Assembly: GCA_040081625.1 (NCBI GenBank)
Contig: JBEBGD010000108.1
Span: forward strand, 1 to 18,728
From: Chthoniobacteraceae bacterium
Lineage (GTDB): Bacteria; Verrucomicrobiota; Verrucomicrobiia; Chthoniobacterales; Chthoniobacteraceae
Direction of reading: 5' to 3'
DNA: 18,728 bases
Shown here: piece after piece, positions 6,334 to 14,172 of the stretch
How positions within the stretch are numbered: position 1 is the stretch's first letter
How the letters are laid out: each line of letters opens with the position of its first letter
The notes under the pieces: model-generated
Told to the model about the DNA's origin: nothing
What the model saw: only the letters and a program-made list of their open reading frames with translations
The model's database searches: none
Made by a program: the position numbers and the translations under genes

Positions 6334-6651
6334 ATGTTCCGCAAACTCAAGAACGTCATGGTCGAGTTGAGCACACCGAAAGGCAGCGTCTTCTCAGGTC
6401 AGGCTGGGGGTGTGGAACTGCGGACGACGGACGGCGTGATCGCGATCAATCCACAGGAGGAGAGTTATCTCAACCTGACTGAAACGACGCAGATCACGCT
6501 GCGCATCGGCACGGAGTTTCTCAGCTTCGTGCTCAAGAACGCCGCTGCGAGCCTGCGGGAGGGACAGCTCACCGTGCTCGCGGAGGAGGTTGAGCCTATG
6601 CCCGCAGTGTCGGCTTCCGCCGCATCACGGAACGGAGGTCTCGCGCCGTGA
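6334..6651 (+). CDS. Stand-alone protein resembling the N-terminal beta-sandwich of F-type ATP synthase epsilon subunit
   Basis: VELSTPKGSVFSG...VELRTTDGVIAINP...GQLTVLAEE follows the epsilon pattern VxTPxxxxFxG...VxxxxxxGxxxI...VxVLAE. No C-terminal helical hairpin. GTGA overlap with the next gene. Confidence 0.6.
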   Translation: MFRKLKNVMVELSTPKGSVFSGQAGGVELRTTDGVIAINPQEESYLNLTETTQITLRIGTEFLSFVLKNAAASLREGQLTVLAEEVEPMPAVSASAASRNGGLAP

Positions 6652-7943
6652 AACTCATCCTGCTGCTTGGCCTCGGCTGTCTGTCGCTCATTTCGTCCTA
6701 CGCCGGCGAGGCTGAGGGAAAGCTCGCTGTGGAGGAGGTCGTGAGCCGCGCGCTCGCGGCCAATCCGATGCTCAAAGCATCGGCGGCGAAGTGGGCGTCG
6801 ATGAAGGAGCGGGTGCCGCAGGCGAAGGCGTGGGAAGATCCGATGGTCGGTGTGGATTTCGAGCGGATGGGCACCACACGATTCAGCACGTATTCCGATG
6901 CGGAGTGGATGGCCTCACAGTCGCTGCCGATCAGCGGCAAGAATCTCAGCCGTGGCCGCGCGGCGGAGGCGGAAGCGCGGGCTGCTTACGAGGACGTGCG
7001 ACGGCTGCGTCTGGAAGTCACCGCGAAGGCGAAGGTCGCTTACCACCGGCTCGCCAACGCCCATGCGCAACTCGCGATCAATCGGCAGAACCGCGGACTT
7101 TTCGAGAGCGTTCTGGCCATCGGCAATGCAAAGCTTTCCGTCGGCAAAAGCGCCCAAGGCGATGTGCTCGCGACGGAGACGGATATTCAGCGGCTCGACA
7201 TCGAGCGTGAGAGTCTGGCGCAGGCGCTCTCCGATCAGCAGACCGCGCTCAATGTCCTGATGAACCGCCCGGCGGGCTCTCCGCTCGGACAGCCAGCGGC
7301 GCTGGCGTTTCGTCCGATGCGCGCCGATCCCGGCCAGCTCGAAGCCCGGCTGCTCGCGCAGAGGCCGGAGATCGCGGCGGCGGAACAGCGGCTCAAGGCC
7401 GAGGAGGCGCGGCTCCAGCTCGCGCACCGCGAGTGGATTCCCGATCCGCAGGTGCGCGTGGAAGCGCGGCAATTTCGCGGAAGTGGCGACACTTTCACCG
7501 AATACGACACCGGCATCTTCTTCAGCGTCCCGTGGGTGAATCCGCGGAAGTATTCCGCCGGCGTGCGGGAAGCGCAGCAGATGGTGGAAGCGATGCGGCG
7601 CGAGATCGAAGGCGAGCGCGCCACGGCGCTCGGGATGTTGCGCGATCAGCTCCGCAAGATCACCGCGTTTCGCCGCCAGTATGAACTCTCGCGCGACAAG
7701 CTCCTGCCGCTCGCGCGCAAGACGACGGAGACGCTGCGGATCAATTACCAGACAGACACCGCGACTTTCATCGAGATGCTGACCGTGCAGCGGATGCTCC
7801 GCGATGCGGAGGCCACGACTTCGACCCAGCTCACCGACTACCTCGCCGCGCTCGCGGAGTTGGAGGCGATCGTCGGCTCCGATCCGACGGAGACTGCATC
7901 GGCCAAGACCATCACCACTCCCTCGAAACGGAGGAAGCCATGA
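6648..7943 (+). CDS. TolC-family outer membrane factor of a heavy-metal RND pump (CusC/CzcC role)
   Basis: Signal peptide and two helical OEP repeats (ALAANPML; LLAQRPEIAAA; ...LAELEAIVG). Coupled to the MFP gene. Confidence 0.9.
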   Translation: MKLILLLGLGCLSLISSYAGEAEGKLAVEEVVSRALAANPMLKASAAKWASMKERVPQAKAWEDPMVGVDFERMGTTRFSTYSDAEWMASQSLPISGKNLSRGRAAEAEARAAYEDVRRLRLEVTAKAKVAYHRLANAHAQLAINRQNRGLFESVLAIGNAKLSVGKSAQGDVLATETDIQRLDIERESLAQALSDQQTALNVLMNRPAGSPLGQPAALAFRPMRADPGQLEARLLAQRPEIAAAEQRLKAEEARLQLAHREWIPDPQVRVEARQFRGSGDTFTEYDTGIFFSVPWVNPRKYSAGVREAQQMVEAMRREIEGERATALGMLRDQLRKITAFRRQYELSRDKLLPLARKTTETLRINYQTDTATFIEMLTVQRMLRDAEATTSTQLTDYLAALAELEAIVGSDPTETASAKTITTPSKRRKP

Positions 7944-9445
7944 AACCCGAACAACCGCGCCGCAGACCGTTCATCCGCGTCGCCATCGTCCTCGCCGTCA
8001 TCGCGGTGCTGGCCGTGATCGCTGCGCAATTCTTCTCCGGCCCTTCATCGGGCGACAGTGCGGCACCGGCCGCCGGCGCCGCAGTCTGGACCTGCTCGAT
8101 GCATCCGCAGGTGCGCCTTCCGAAGCCGGGCAAATGTCCGATCTGCTCGATGCCGCTCGTGCCCGCTCCATCGTTCGCGAAGGCCACTGCGGGTGCCGAT
8201 GCGAGCGGCGAGTCCATGCTCACTCTCTCCGATCACGCCCGCGCGATGGCCAGCGTGGAAACTGCGCCGGTCGAGCGCCGTAAACTCAGCCGCGAAATCC
8301 GCGCCGTCGGCAAGGTGCAATACAACGAGTCCGCGCTCTCCACGATCACCGCGCGCGTGGATGGTTACATTGAGCGGCTGTTCATCGACTACACCGGCGT
8401 CGAGGTGAAGGCGGGCGATCACCTCGTTGAAATTTACAGCCCCGATTTGGTCGTCGCGCAGGGCGAGCTGCTGATGAATCCTCCGCAGGGCAACATGATC
8501 GAAATGGTGCGGCGGAAGCTTAGACGGTGGGAGATTACGGACGAGCAAATCGACGAAGTTCTCCGCACCCGGAAGCCGCAGGACCGCGTGACTATTTCAG
8601 CCCCGATCAACGGCACGGTGACGGAGAAGATGGTCGTGCAGAAGAGCGCGGTGAAAGCCGGCGACGTGCTCTACAAACTCGCGAACCTGGATTCCGTCTG
8701 GGTCTATCTCGACATCTACGAATACGAACTGGCTTCGGTCCGCTACGGGCAGACGGCGGAGATCACAACCGAGGCTTACCCCGGCGAGACGTTCACCGGG
8801 CGGGTCTGGTTCATCAACCCGATGCTCACCGACGAATCGCGCACGGTGAAGGTGCTCGTGAACATCGCGAACAAGGACAAGCGACTGAAGCCGGGGATGT
8901 TTGTCAGCGCCACAATCCGCGCCGGGTTGCTCGCGAATGGCGAACTCGCGCCGACCGGCGTCGAGGGTAAGTGGACGTGCCTCATGCATCCGCAGGTGCT
9001 GGAGGCGGAGGGTGGCCCGTGCCGCGTCTGCAAGATGGCACTCACGCAAATCCCGCCCGCCGCTGCGACCCCAAAGCCCGAGGACGAACTCGTGCTCGCC
9101 GTGCCCGTGACCGCCGTGCTCGACAGCGGCGTGCGCAAGATCGCCTACGTCGAGCGCGCGCCAGGCGAATACGTGCCTGCCGCTCTCAAGGTCGGCTCGC
9201 GCGCCGGTGATTTCTACCCGGTGCTTGATGGCTTGAAGGAAGGCGATCGAGTCGCAGTGCGCGGCAATTTCCTGCTCGATTCGCAGTTTCAAATCAGCGG
9301 ACTGCCGAGTCTTTTCTACGAGCACGGCCAGGCACCTGCCGCAGGACATCAGCACGGCGCGTCGGCTGACAAACAAGCGCCTGCGCCGAAACCGACCGGG
9401 CACGAAGGCCACGCCACGCCGAAGCCGGCCGAACCCAAGCCCTAG
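7940..9445 (+). CDS. cusB: CusB-type periplasmic adaptor (MFP) with two heavy-metal-binding domains
   Basis: WTCSMHPQV..PGKCPICSMPL and WTCLMHPQV...CRVCKMAL; GYIERL, YSPDL, LKPGMF, GNFLLDS; His-containing C-terminal tail. Confidence 0.9.
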   Translation: MKPEQPRRRPFIRVAIVLAVIAVLAVIAAQFFSGPSSGDSAAPAAGAAVWTCSMHPQVRLPKPGKCPICSMPLVPAPSFAKATAGADASGESMLTLSDHARAMASVETAPVERRKLSREIRAVGKVQYNESALSTITARVDGYIERLFIDYTGVEVKAGDHLVEIYSPDLVVAQGELLMNPPQGNMIEMVRRKLRRWEITDEQIDEVLRTRKPQDRVTISAPINGTVTEKMVVQKSAVKAGDVLYKLANLDSVWVYLDIYEYELASVRYGQTAEITTEAYPGETFTGRVWFINPMLTDESRTVKVLVNIANKDKRLKPGMFVSATIRAGLLANGELAPTGVEGKWTCLMHPQVLEAEGGPCRVCKMALTQIPPAAATPKPEDELVLAVPVTAVLDSGVRKIAYVERAPGEYVPAALKVGSRAGDFYPVLDGLKEGDRVAVRGNFLLDSQFQISGLPSLFYEHGQAPAAGHQHGASADKQAPAPKPTGHEGHATPKPAEPKP

Positions 9446-9447
9446 CC

Positions 9448-12400
9448 ATGATCGACGGGCTGATTCGCTGGTGCCTGAAGAACACCTTCCTCGTCATCAT
9501 CGCCGTCGTCGGCATCGCGTTTGGCGGCTACTACGCGCTGAAGAATACGCCGGTCGATGCCATCCCGGACATCGGCGAGAAGCAGGTCATCGTCTTCGCC
9601 GACTGGCCGGGCCGCTCGCCGCAGGACGTGGACAACCAGGTCACGTATCCGCTGACCACGGCGCTCACCGGCACGCCCGGCGTGAAGACCATCCGCAGCA
9701 TGTCCGGCTTCGGCTTCGCGATGGTCTTCGTCATTTTCAAGGACGACGTGGATTACTACTGGGCGCGGTCGCGCGTGCTGGAACGCATCAACGTCGCGCA
9801 GCAGCGTCTGCCCGCTGGCGTCACTCCGGTGCTCGGTCCAGACGCCACCGCGCTCGGCCAGGTCTATTGGTATACGGTCGAGGGCGAGGGCTTCGACCTC
9901 GCGGAGCTGCGCAGCATTCAGGACTGGTATCTGCGCTACCAGATCAACGCCGTCGAAGGCGTGAGCGAAGTCGCGAGCATCGGCGGCTTCGTGAAGCAGT
10001 ATCAGATCGACGTTCACCCGGATAAACTGCGCGCGCACCGGGTCTCGCTGTTCGATGTCTATGAGGCCGTGCGGAAGTCGAACATCGATGTCGGCGCCAA
10101 GGTGCTGGAGAAAAACGGCGTCGAGTTTTTCATCCGCGGTGTCGGCTTCATCAAGACGGTCGAGGACATCGAGAAAGTCGTCATCCGCCAAGAGAAAGGC
10201 ACGCCGATCCAGGTGAAAAACGTCGCCACGGTCACGATCGGGCCGGACTTCCGCCGCGGCGCGCTCGACAAGGCGGGCGTTGAAGCCGTGGGCGGCGTGG
10301 CGCTGATGCGCTACGGCGAAAACCCGCTGCACGTCGTCGAGCGGGTGAAGGCGAAGATTAAGCAACTCGAAGCGGGGCTGCCGCAGAAGACGCTCGCCGA
10401 CGGCCGCATCTCGAAGGTCCACATCGTGCCGTTCTACGACCGCACGGACATCGTCCACGAGACCATCGACACGCTCAAGGAAGCGCTCAGCGAGGAAGCG
10501 CTCATGGCCGCCGCGGTCATCTTCATCTTCCTGCTGCATCTGCGCAGCACGGTTTCGGTGATTGTGACGCTGCCGCTCTCCGTCGGGCTCTGCTTCATCC
10601 TGATGTATTTCTTCGGCGTCGATGCCAACATCATGTCGCTGGCGGGCCTCGCCATCGCCATCGGCGACGTGGGCGACATGGGGATCATCATGACGGAAAA
10701 CATCTACCGTCACGTCGCAATCGCCGATCCAAAGAAGTCGCACTTCGAGCGCGTCTTCGACGGTGCGCGCGAAGTGGGCGGCGCGATCATTACGGCGGTC
10801 TCAAACACCCTCGTCTCGTTCATCCCGGTGTTCTTCCTCACCGACCAGGAAGGGAAACTCTTCCGCCCGCTCGCCTTCACCAAGACCTTTGCCATCGGCG
10901 CCAGCGTGATCCTCGCGCTCACGGTCGTGCCGCTCGTCTGCTACTACATTTTCCGTCCTGTGAAATGGTCGCGCCGCACCATTTGGATGATCGCTGGCGG
11001 GCTTGGTTTCATCAGCATTCTCGCCGCGCACGCCGTCTTCATGTGGGTGCTCACCGGCTCGCACTACAGCGGTTGGCCGATGAGCATCGTGGTCGGCGTG
11101 ATCGTCGCGCTGGCCTTCGTGCGCATGACCCGCGAGCGCTTTCTGCCGCTGGAGGAAAACCCCGTCTCGCGCGGCATCGCGCGCGTTTACACGCCGGTGC
11201 TGCACTGGATTCTGGACCACAAGAAGACGTTCCTCATTGCGCCCGTCACGATCCTCTTCCTCGGAGTAACCATCTGGCTCGGCATCGGCACGACGCTCAA
11301 ACCCGTCGAATGGCTCGTGAACCTCGGCGCGCCAGCGGATCACCCGCGGCTCGAACTCGCCAAGCTCCGCTGGGGCGACAAGCGCATCTTGCCCGGCATC
11401 GGACGCGAGTTCATTCCGCCGCTCGACGAAGGTTCCTTTCTCTACATGCCGTCGCTGCTGCCGCAGGCCGGTCTCAGCGCGGCCATCGAGGTGAACTCGA
11501 AACAAGACCTCGCCATCGCCAGCGTGCCGGAGGTGGAGAGCGTCGTCGGCAAACTCGGTCGCGCTGAGAGCGCGCTCGACCCCGCGCCCATCGGCATGAT
11601 GGAAAGCATCGTCATCCTCAAGCCCGAGTCCGACTGGCGGCACCTCCCGGTGAAGCGCTGGTTTTCCGAATGGCCGGGCTGGCTCAGGAAACCGCTCGCC
11701 TTTTTCGCGCCGGAACATCGCCAGATCACGAAGGGCGAAATTCTCACCGAACTTCAGGAGAAGACCGCGATCCCCGGCGTGTTGCCCACTTTTCTCCAGC
11801 CGATCCAGACGCGCCTCGTCATGCTGCAAACCGGCTTCCGCGCGATGATGGGCGTGAAGATTTACGGCAGCGATTTGAAGGAGATCGAACGCATCGGCCT
11901 GCAAATCGAGGCGCTGGTCAAAGAAGTGCCCGGCGCGACCGACATCGTGGCCGACCGGATCGTCGGGAAGCCGTATCTCGAGTTCGAGATCGATCGCGAC
12001 CGCATCGCGCGTTACGGCGTCAGCATCCGCGACGTGCAGGATGTCATCGAGATCGCCATCGGCGGCATGAACATCATGGAGTCGGTCGAAGGCCGCGAGC
12101 GTTACCCGATCCGCGTGCGCTACCTGCGCGAGTTTCGCGAGGACATTCCCGAACTGGAAAAGATCCTCCTGCCCACGAGCACCGGCGCGCAGGTGCCGCT
12201 CGCGCAAGTGCTCACCATCAAGAGCGTGCTCGGTCCGCAGGAGATCAAGGGCGAGCGCGGTCTGCTCGTCGGCTACGTCACCATGAACACGCGCGACCGG
12301 GACGAAGTGAGCGTCGTCGAAGACGCTGAGCGCCTCTTGCAAGCCGCGCTCAAGGATGGCCGGCTGAAACTTCCCGCCGGCTACTACTGGGAGTGGAGCG

Positions 12401-13002
12401 GCCAGTTCGAGAACCAGGTCCGCGCCACCAAGCGGATGCAAATCCTCATCCCGGTCTGCCTCGCGATCATGTTCGTCATGCTCTACCTCGGCTTTGAGCG
12501 CTGGTGGATCGCACCCGTCATCTACTTCGCCATCCTCGTCTCCGCGGCCGGCGGCTTCATCATGCTCGCGCTCTGGGGCGTGAACCTTTCCATCGCCGTG
12601 TGGGTCGGCTTCCTCGTGCTGTTCGGCGTGGTCGATGACGACGGCGTGGTGATGTCCACGTATCTCGAAGGCTTGTTCAAAAACCGCACCTTCAACTCCA
12701 TCCAGGAGATCCGCGAAACGGTTATCGAAGCCGGCCTCAAGCGTGTGCGGCCCGGCCTGATGACCATCTCCACGACCATCTTCGGCCTGCTACCGATATT
12801 CTGGGCGACCGGACGCGGCAGCGACATCATGCGCCCGATGGCGATCCCGAGCGTCGGCGGCATGGTCGTGAGCGTCCTCGTCACCATCTACATCGCGCCC
12901 TGCCTCTTCTGCGCCGTCGAGGAGTGGAAATGGAAGCGCGCGCAGCGTCTCGGCTTAACCGCGCCCGGTGACTCACCCGCCCCCTCCCACAATCCAATAT
13001 GA
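9448..13002 (+). CDS. cusA: CusA-type Cu(I)/Ag(I) RND permease
   Basis: PVDAIPDI, QVTYPLTT, LGPDATALGQVY, NIMSLAGLAIAIG. The three Met-containing motifs DEGSFLYMP, APIGMMES and RLVMLQTG correspond to the CusA methionine triad. Confidence 0.93.
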   Translation: MIDGLIRWCLKNTFLVIIAVVGIAFGGYYALKNTPVDAIPDIGEKQVIVFADWPGRSPQDVDNQVTYPLTTALTGTPGVKTIRSMSGFGFAMVFVIFKDDVDYYWARSRVLERINVAQQRLPAGVTPVLGPDATALGQVYWYTVEGEGFDLAELRSIQDWYLRYQINAVEGVSEVASIGGFVKQYQIDVHPDKLRAHRVSLFDVYEAVRKSNIDVGAKVLEKNGVEFFIRGVGFIKTVEDIEKVVIRQEKGTPIQVKNVATVTIGPDFRRGALDKAGVEAVGGVALMRYGENPLHVVERVKAKIKQLEAGLPQKTLADGRISKVHIVPFYDRTDIVHETIDTLKEALSEEALMAAAVIFIFLLHLRSTVSVIVTLPLSVGLCFILMYFFGVDANIMSLAGLAIAIGDVGDMGIIMTENIYRHVAIADPKKSHFERVFDGAREVGGAIITAVSNTLVSFIPVFFLTDQEGKLFRPLAFTKTFAIGASVILALTVVPLVCYYIFRPVKWSRRTIWMIAGGLGFISILAAHAVFMWVLTGSHYSGWPMSIVVGVIVALAFVRMTRERFLPLEENPVSRGIARVYTPVLHWILDHKKTFLIAPVTILFLGVTIWLGIGTTLKPVEWLVNLGAPADHPRLELAKLRWGDKRILPGIGREFIPPLDEGSFLYMPSLLPQAGLSAAIEVNSKQDLAIASVPEVESVVGKLGRAESALDPAPIGMMESIVILKPESDWRHLPVKRWFSEWPGWLRKPLAFFAPEHRQITKGEILTELQEKTAIPGVLPTFLQPIQTRLVMLQTGFRAMMGVKIYGSDLKEIERIGLQIEALVKEVPGATDIVADRIVGKPYLEFEIDRDRIARYGVSIRDVQDVIEIAIGGMNIMESVEGRERYPIRVRYLREFREDIPELEKILLPTSTGAQVPLAQVLTIKSVLGPQEIKGERGLLVGYVTMNTRDRDEVSVVEDAERLLQAALKDGRLKLPAGYYWEWSGQFENQVRATKRMQILIPVCLAIMFVMLYLGFERWWIAPVIYFAILVSAAGGFIMLALWGVNLSIAVWVGFLVLFGVVDDDGVVMSTYLEGLFKNRTFNSIQEIRETVIEAGLKRVRPGLMTISTTIFGLLPIFWATGRGSDIMRPMAIPSVGGMVVSVLVTIYIAPCLFCAVEEWKWKRAQRLGLTAPGDSPAPSHNPI

Positions 13003-13403
13003 ATACCAAAGCCCAGCTAAGCCTCCGTGCAGCATTGTGCGCTGCTCTCTTCGCGACCTGCTCCGAAGCTTCCGCACGGCCTCCGCGAGCCCAGGTCGAA
13101 AGCGGAACAATCGAGACGATTCAGCAGAATGGCCGCACCCTGCGGGTCCAATGCTGCATTGGAACGATCGAGACGATCGACCGGGATGCCCGCATTCTTC
13201 GGATCAAGCCCCGAGGTGAAGCAGCTCCGCTGACGCTGGTTTGGAATAGCCGAACCCACTTCGTGAAAGGCACCCGCATTGTCACGGCCGCGGAACTGAC
13301 GAAAGGCGCATCGGTGACGGTCTGGTATCACACGCCGCTCTTCGGAAAACGCTTCGCCACGAAGATTGTGATCGAGCGCGGTCCGGTGCGTCCAAAGCGA
13401 TGA
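12999..13403 (+). CDS. Small exported beta-rich protein, OB-fold-like, with an internal 19-aa duplication
   Basis: Signal-like N-terminus; GTIETID...LTLVWNSRTHF...ELTKGASVTVWY...ATKIVI. ATGA overlap with the cusA stop. Confidence 0.7.
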   Translation: MNTKAQLSLRAALCAALFATCSEASARPPRAQVESGTIETIQQNGRTLRVQCCIGTIETIDRDARILRIKPRGEAAPLTLVWNSRTHFVKGTRIVTAAELTKGASVTVWYHTPLFGKRFATKIVIERGPVRPKR

Positions 13404-13515
13404 ACACACCATTGGCAAAACGCGCATCGGTGGGGCAGGGCTGCGGGCGCAATCCCGTAGCCAGAGCGCGAGGCCGCTTCGGCGCGATGGCCGCTGGGGC
13501 ATCGGAGGTTTCCGC

Positions 13516-14172
13516 ATGAAAGCAGCCCGGCGATGCCCGGATTGTTGCCGCATCGCTCTCACGGGCGGTCCCGGCGGCGGCAAGACAACCGCTGCCGATC
13601 TGTTCCGGCGGGAGATTGGCGAGCGCGTAGTCATCGTGCCGGAAGCGGCGACAATACTTTTTCAAGGCGGCTTCCCGCGCTCGCGCGAGCCGCACGCATC
13701 ACGCTTCGCACAGACGAGCATCTACCATGTGCAGCGGAATCTCGAAGACGTGCAGGCCGCGCTGTATCCAGGTCGGACGCTGCTCTGCGACCGCGGAACC
13801 GTGGACGGCGCGGCTTACTGGCCGGGCGAGCCTCACCACTACTTCAACGCCATCGGCACGACATTGGAGGCCGAACTGCAACGCTACGATGCCGTCATCT
13901 TTTTCGAGACCGCAGCCGTTGGCGGCGCGTCCATCGAAGGCGGCAATCCGGTGCGCAACGAGTCGCTCGAAGAAGCTGTGGAGCTCGATGGCCGGCTGCG
14001 CAAACTGTGGGCGCGGCATCCGCGCTTCGTCCTCGTCCCGAACAACCGTTCGTTCTTCAAAAAGATCAGCCTCGGACTCGCAGCGCTCGAAAGCATCGTC
14101 TCTCAGTTCGCGTGCGACGCGAGATGCACACCGGTCACGGCGAAGCGTCCTCGCGGAAGGAAAGGACCGTGA
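13516..14172 (+). CDS. P-loop ATPase/kinase, AAA_28 (NadR/Ttd14-like) family
   Basis: RIALTGGPGGGKTT Walker A, IVPEAAT, LLCDRGTVDG, YDAVIF, NPVRNES. SD-like GGAGG upstream. Confidence 0.85.
   Translation: MKAARRCPDCCRIALTGGPGGGKTTAADLFRREIGERVVIVPEAATILFQGGFPRSREPHASRFAQTSIYHVQRNLEDVQAALYPGRTLLCDRGTVDGAAYWPGEPHHYFNAIGTTLEAELQRYDAVIFFETAAVGGASIEGGNPVRNESLEEAVELDGRLRKLWARHPRFVLVPNNRSFFKKISLGLAALESIVSQFACDARCTPVTAKRPRGRKGP

Noticed and set aside
9442..12441. Long antisense ORFs (9442..10743, 10801..12441)
   Set aside because: Shadow frames of GC-rich cusA; no recognisable motifs.
13411..13462. Possible third AraC box (GCGCAATCCCGTAGCC resembles GCGCGGATGCGTAGCC)
   Set aside because: Only 11/16 identity in GC-rich DNA, no clean 21-bp partner box and no equivalent -10.
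13533..14168. N-terminal 212-aa extension of the P-type ATPase in the ORF track
   Set aside because: It overlaps the AAA_28 gene in another frame and is Arg-rich nonsense; GTG 14169 has an RBS and a stop/start overlap.
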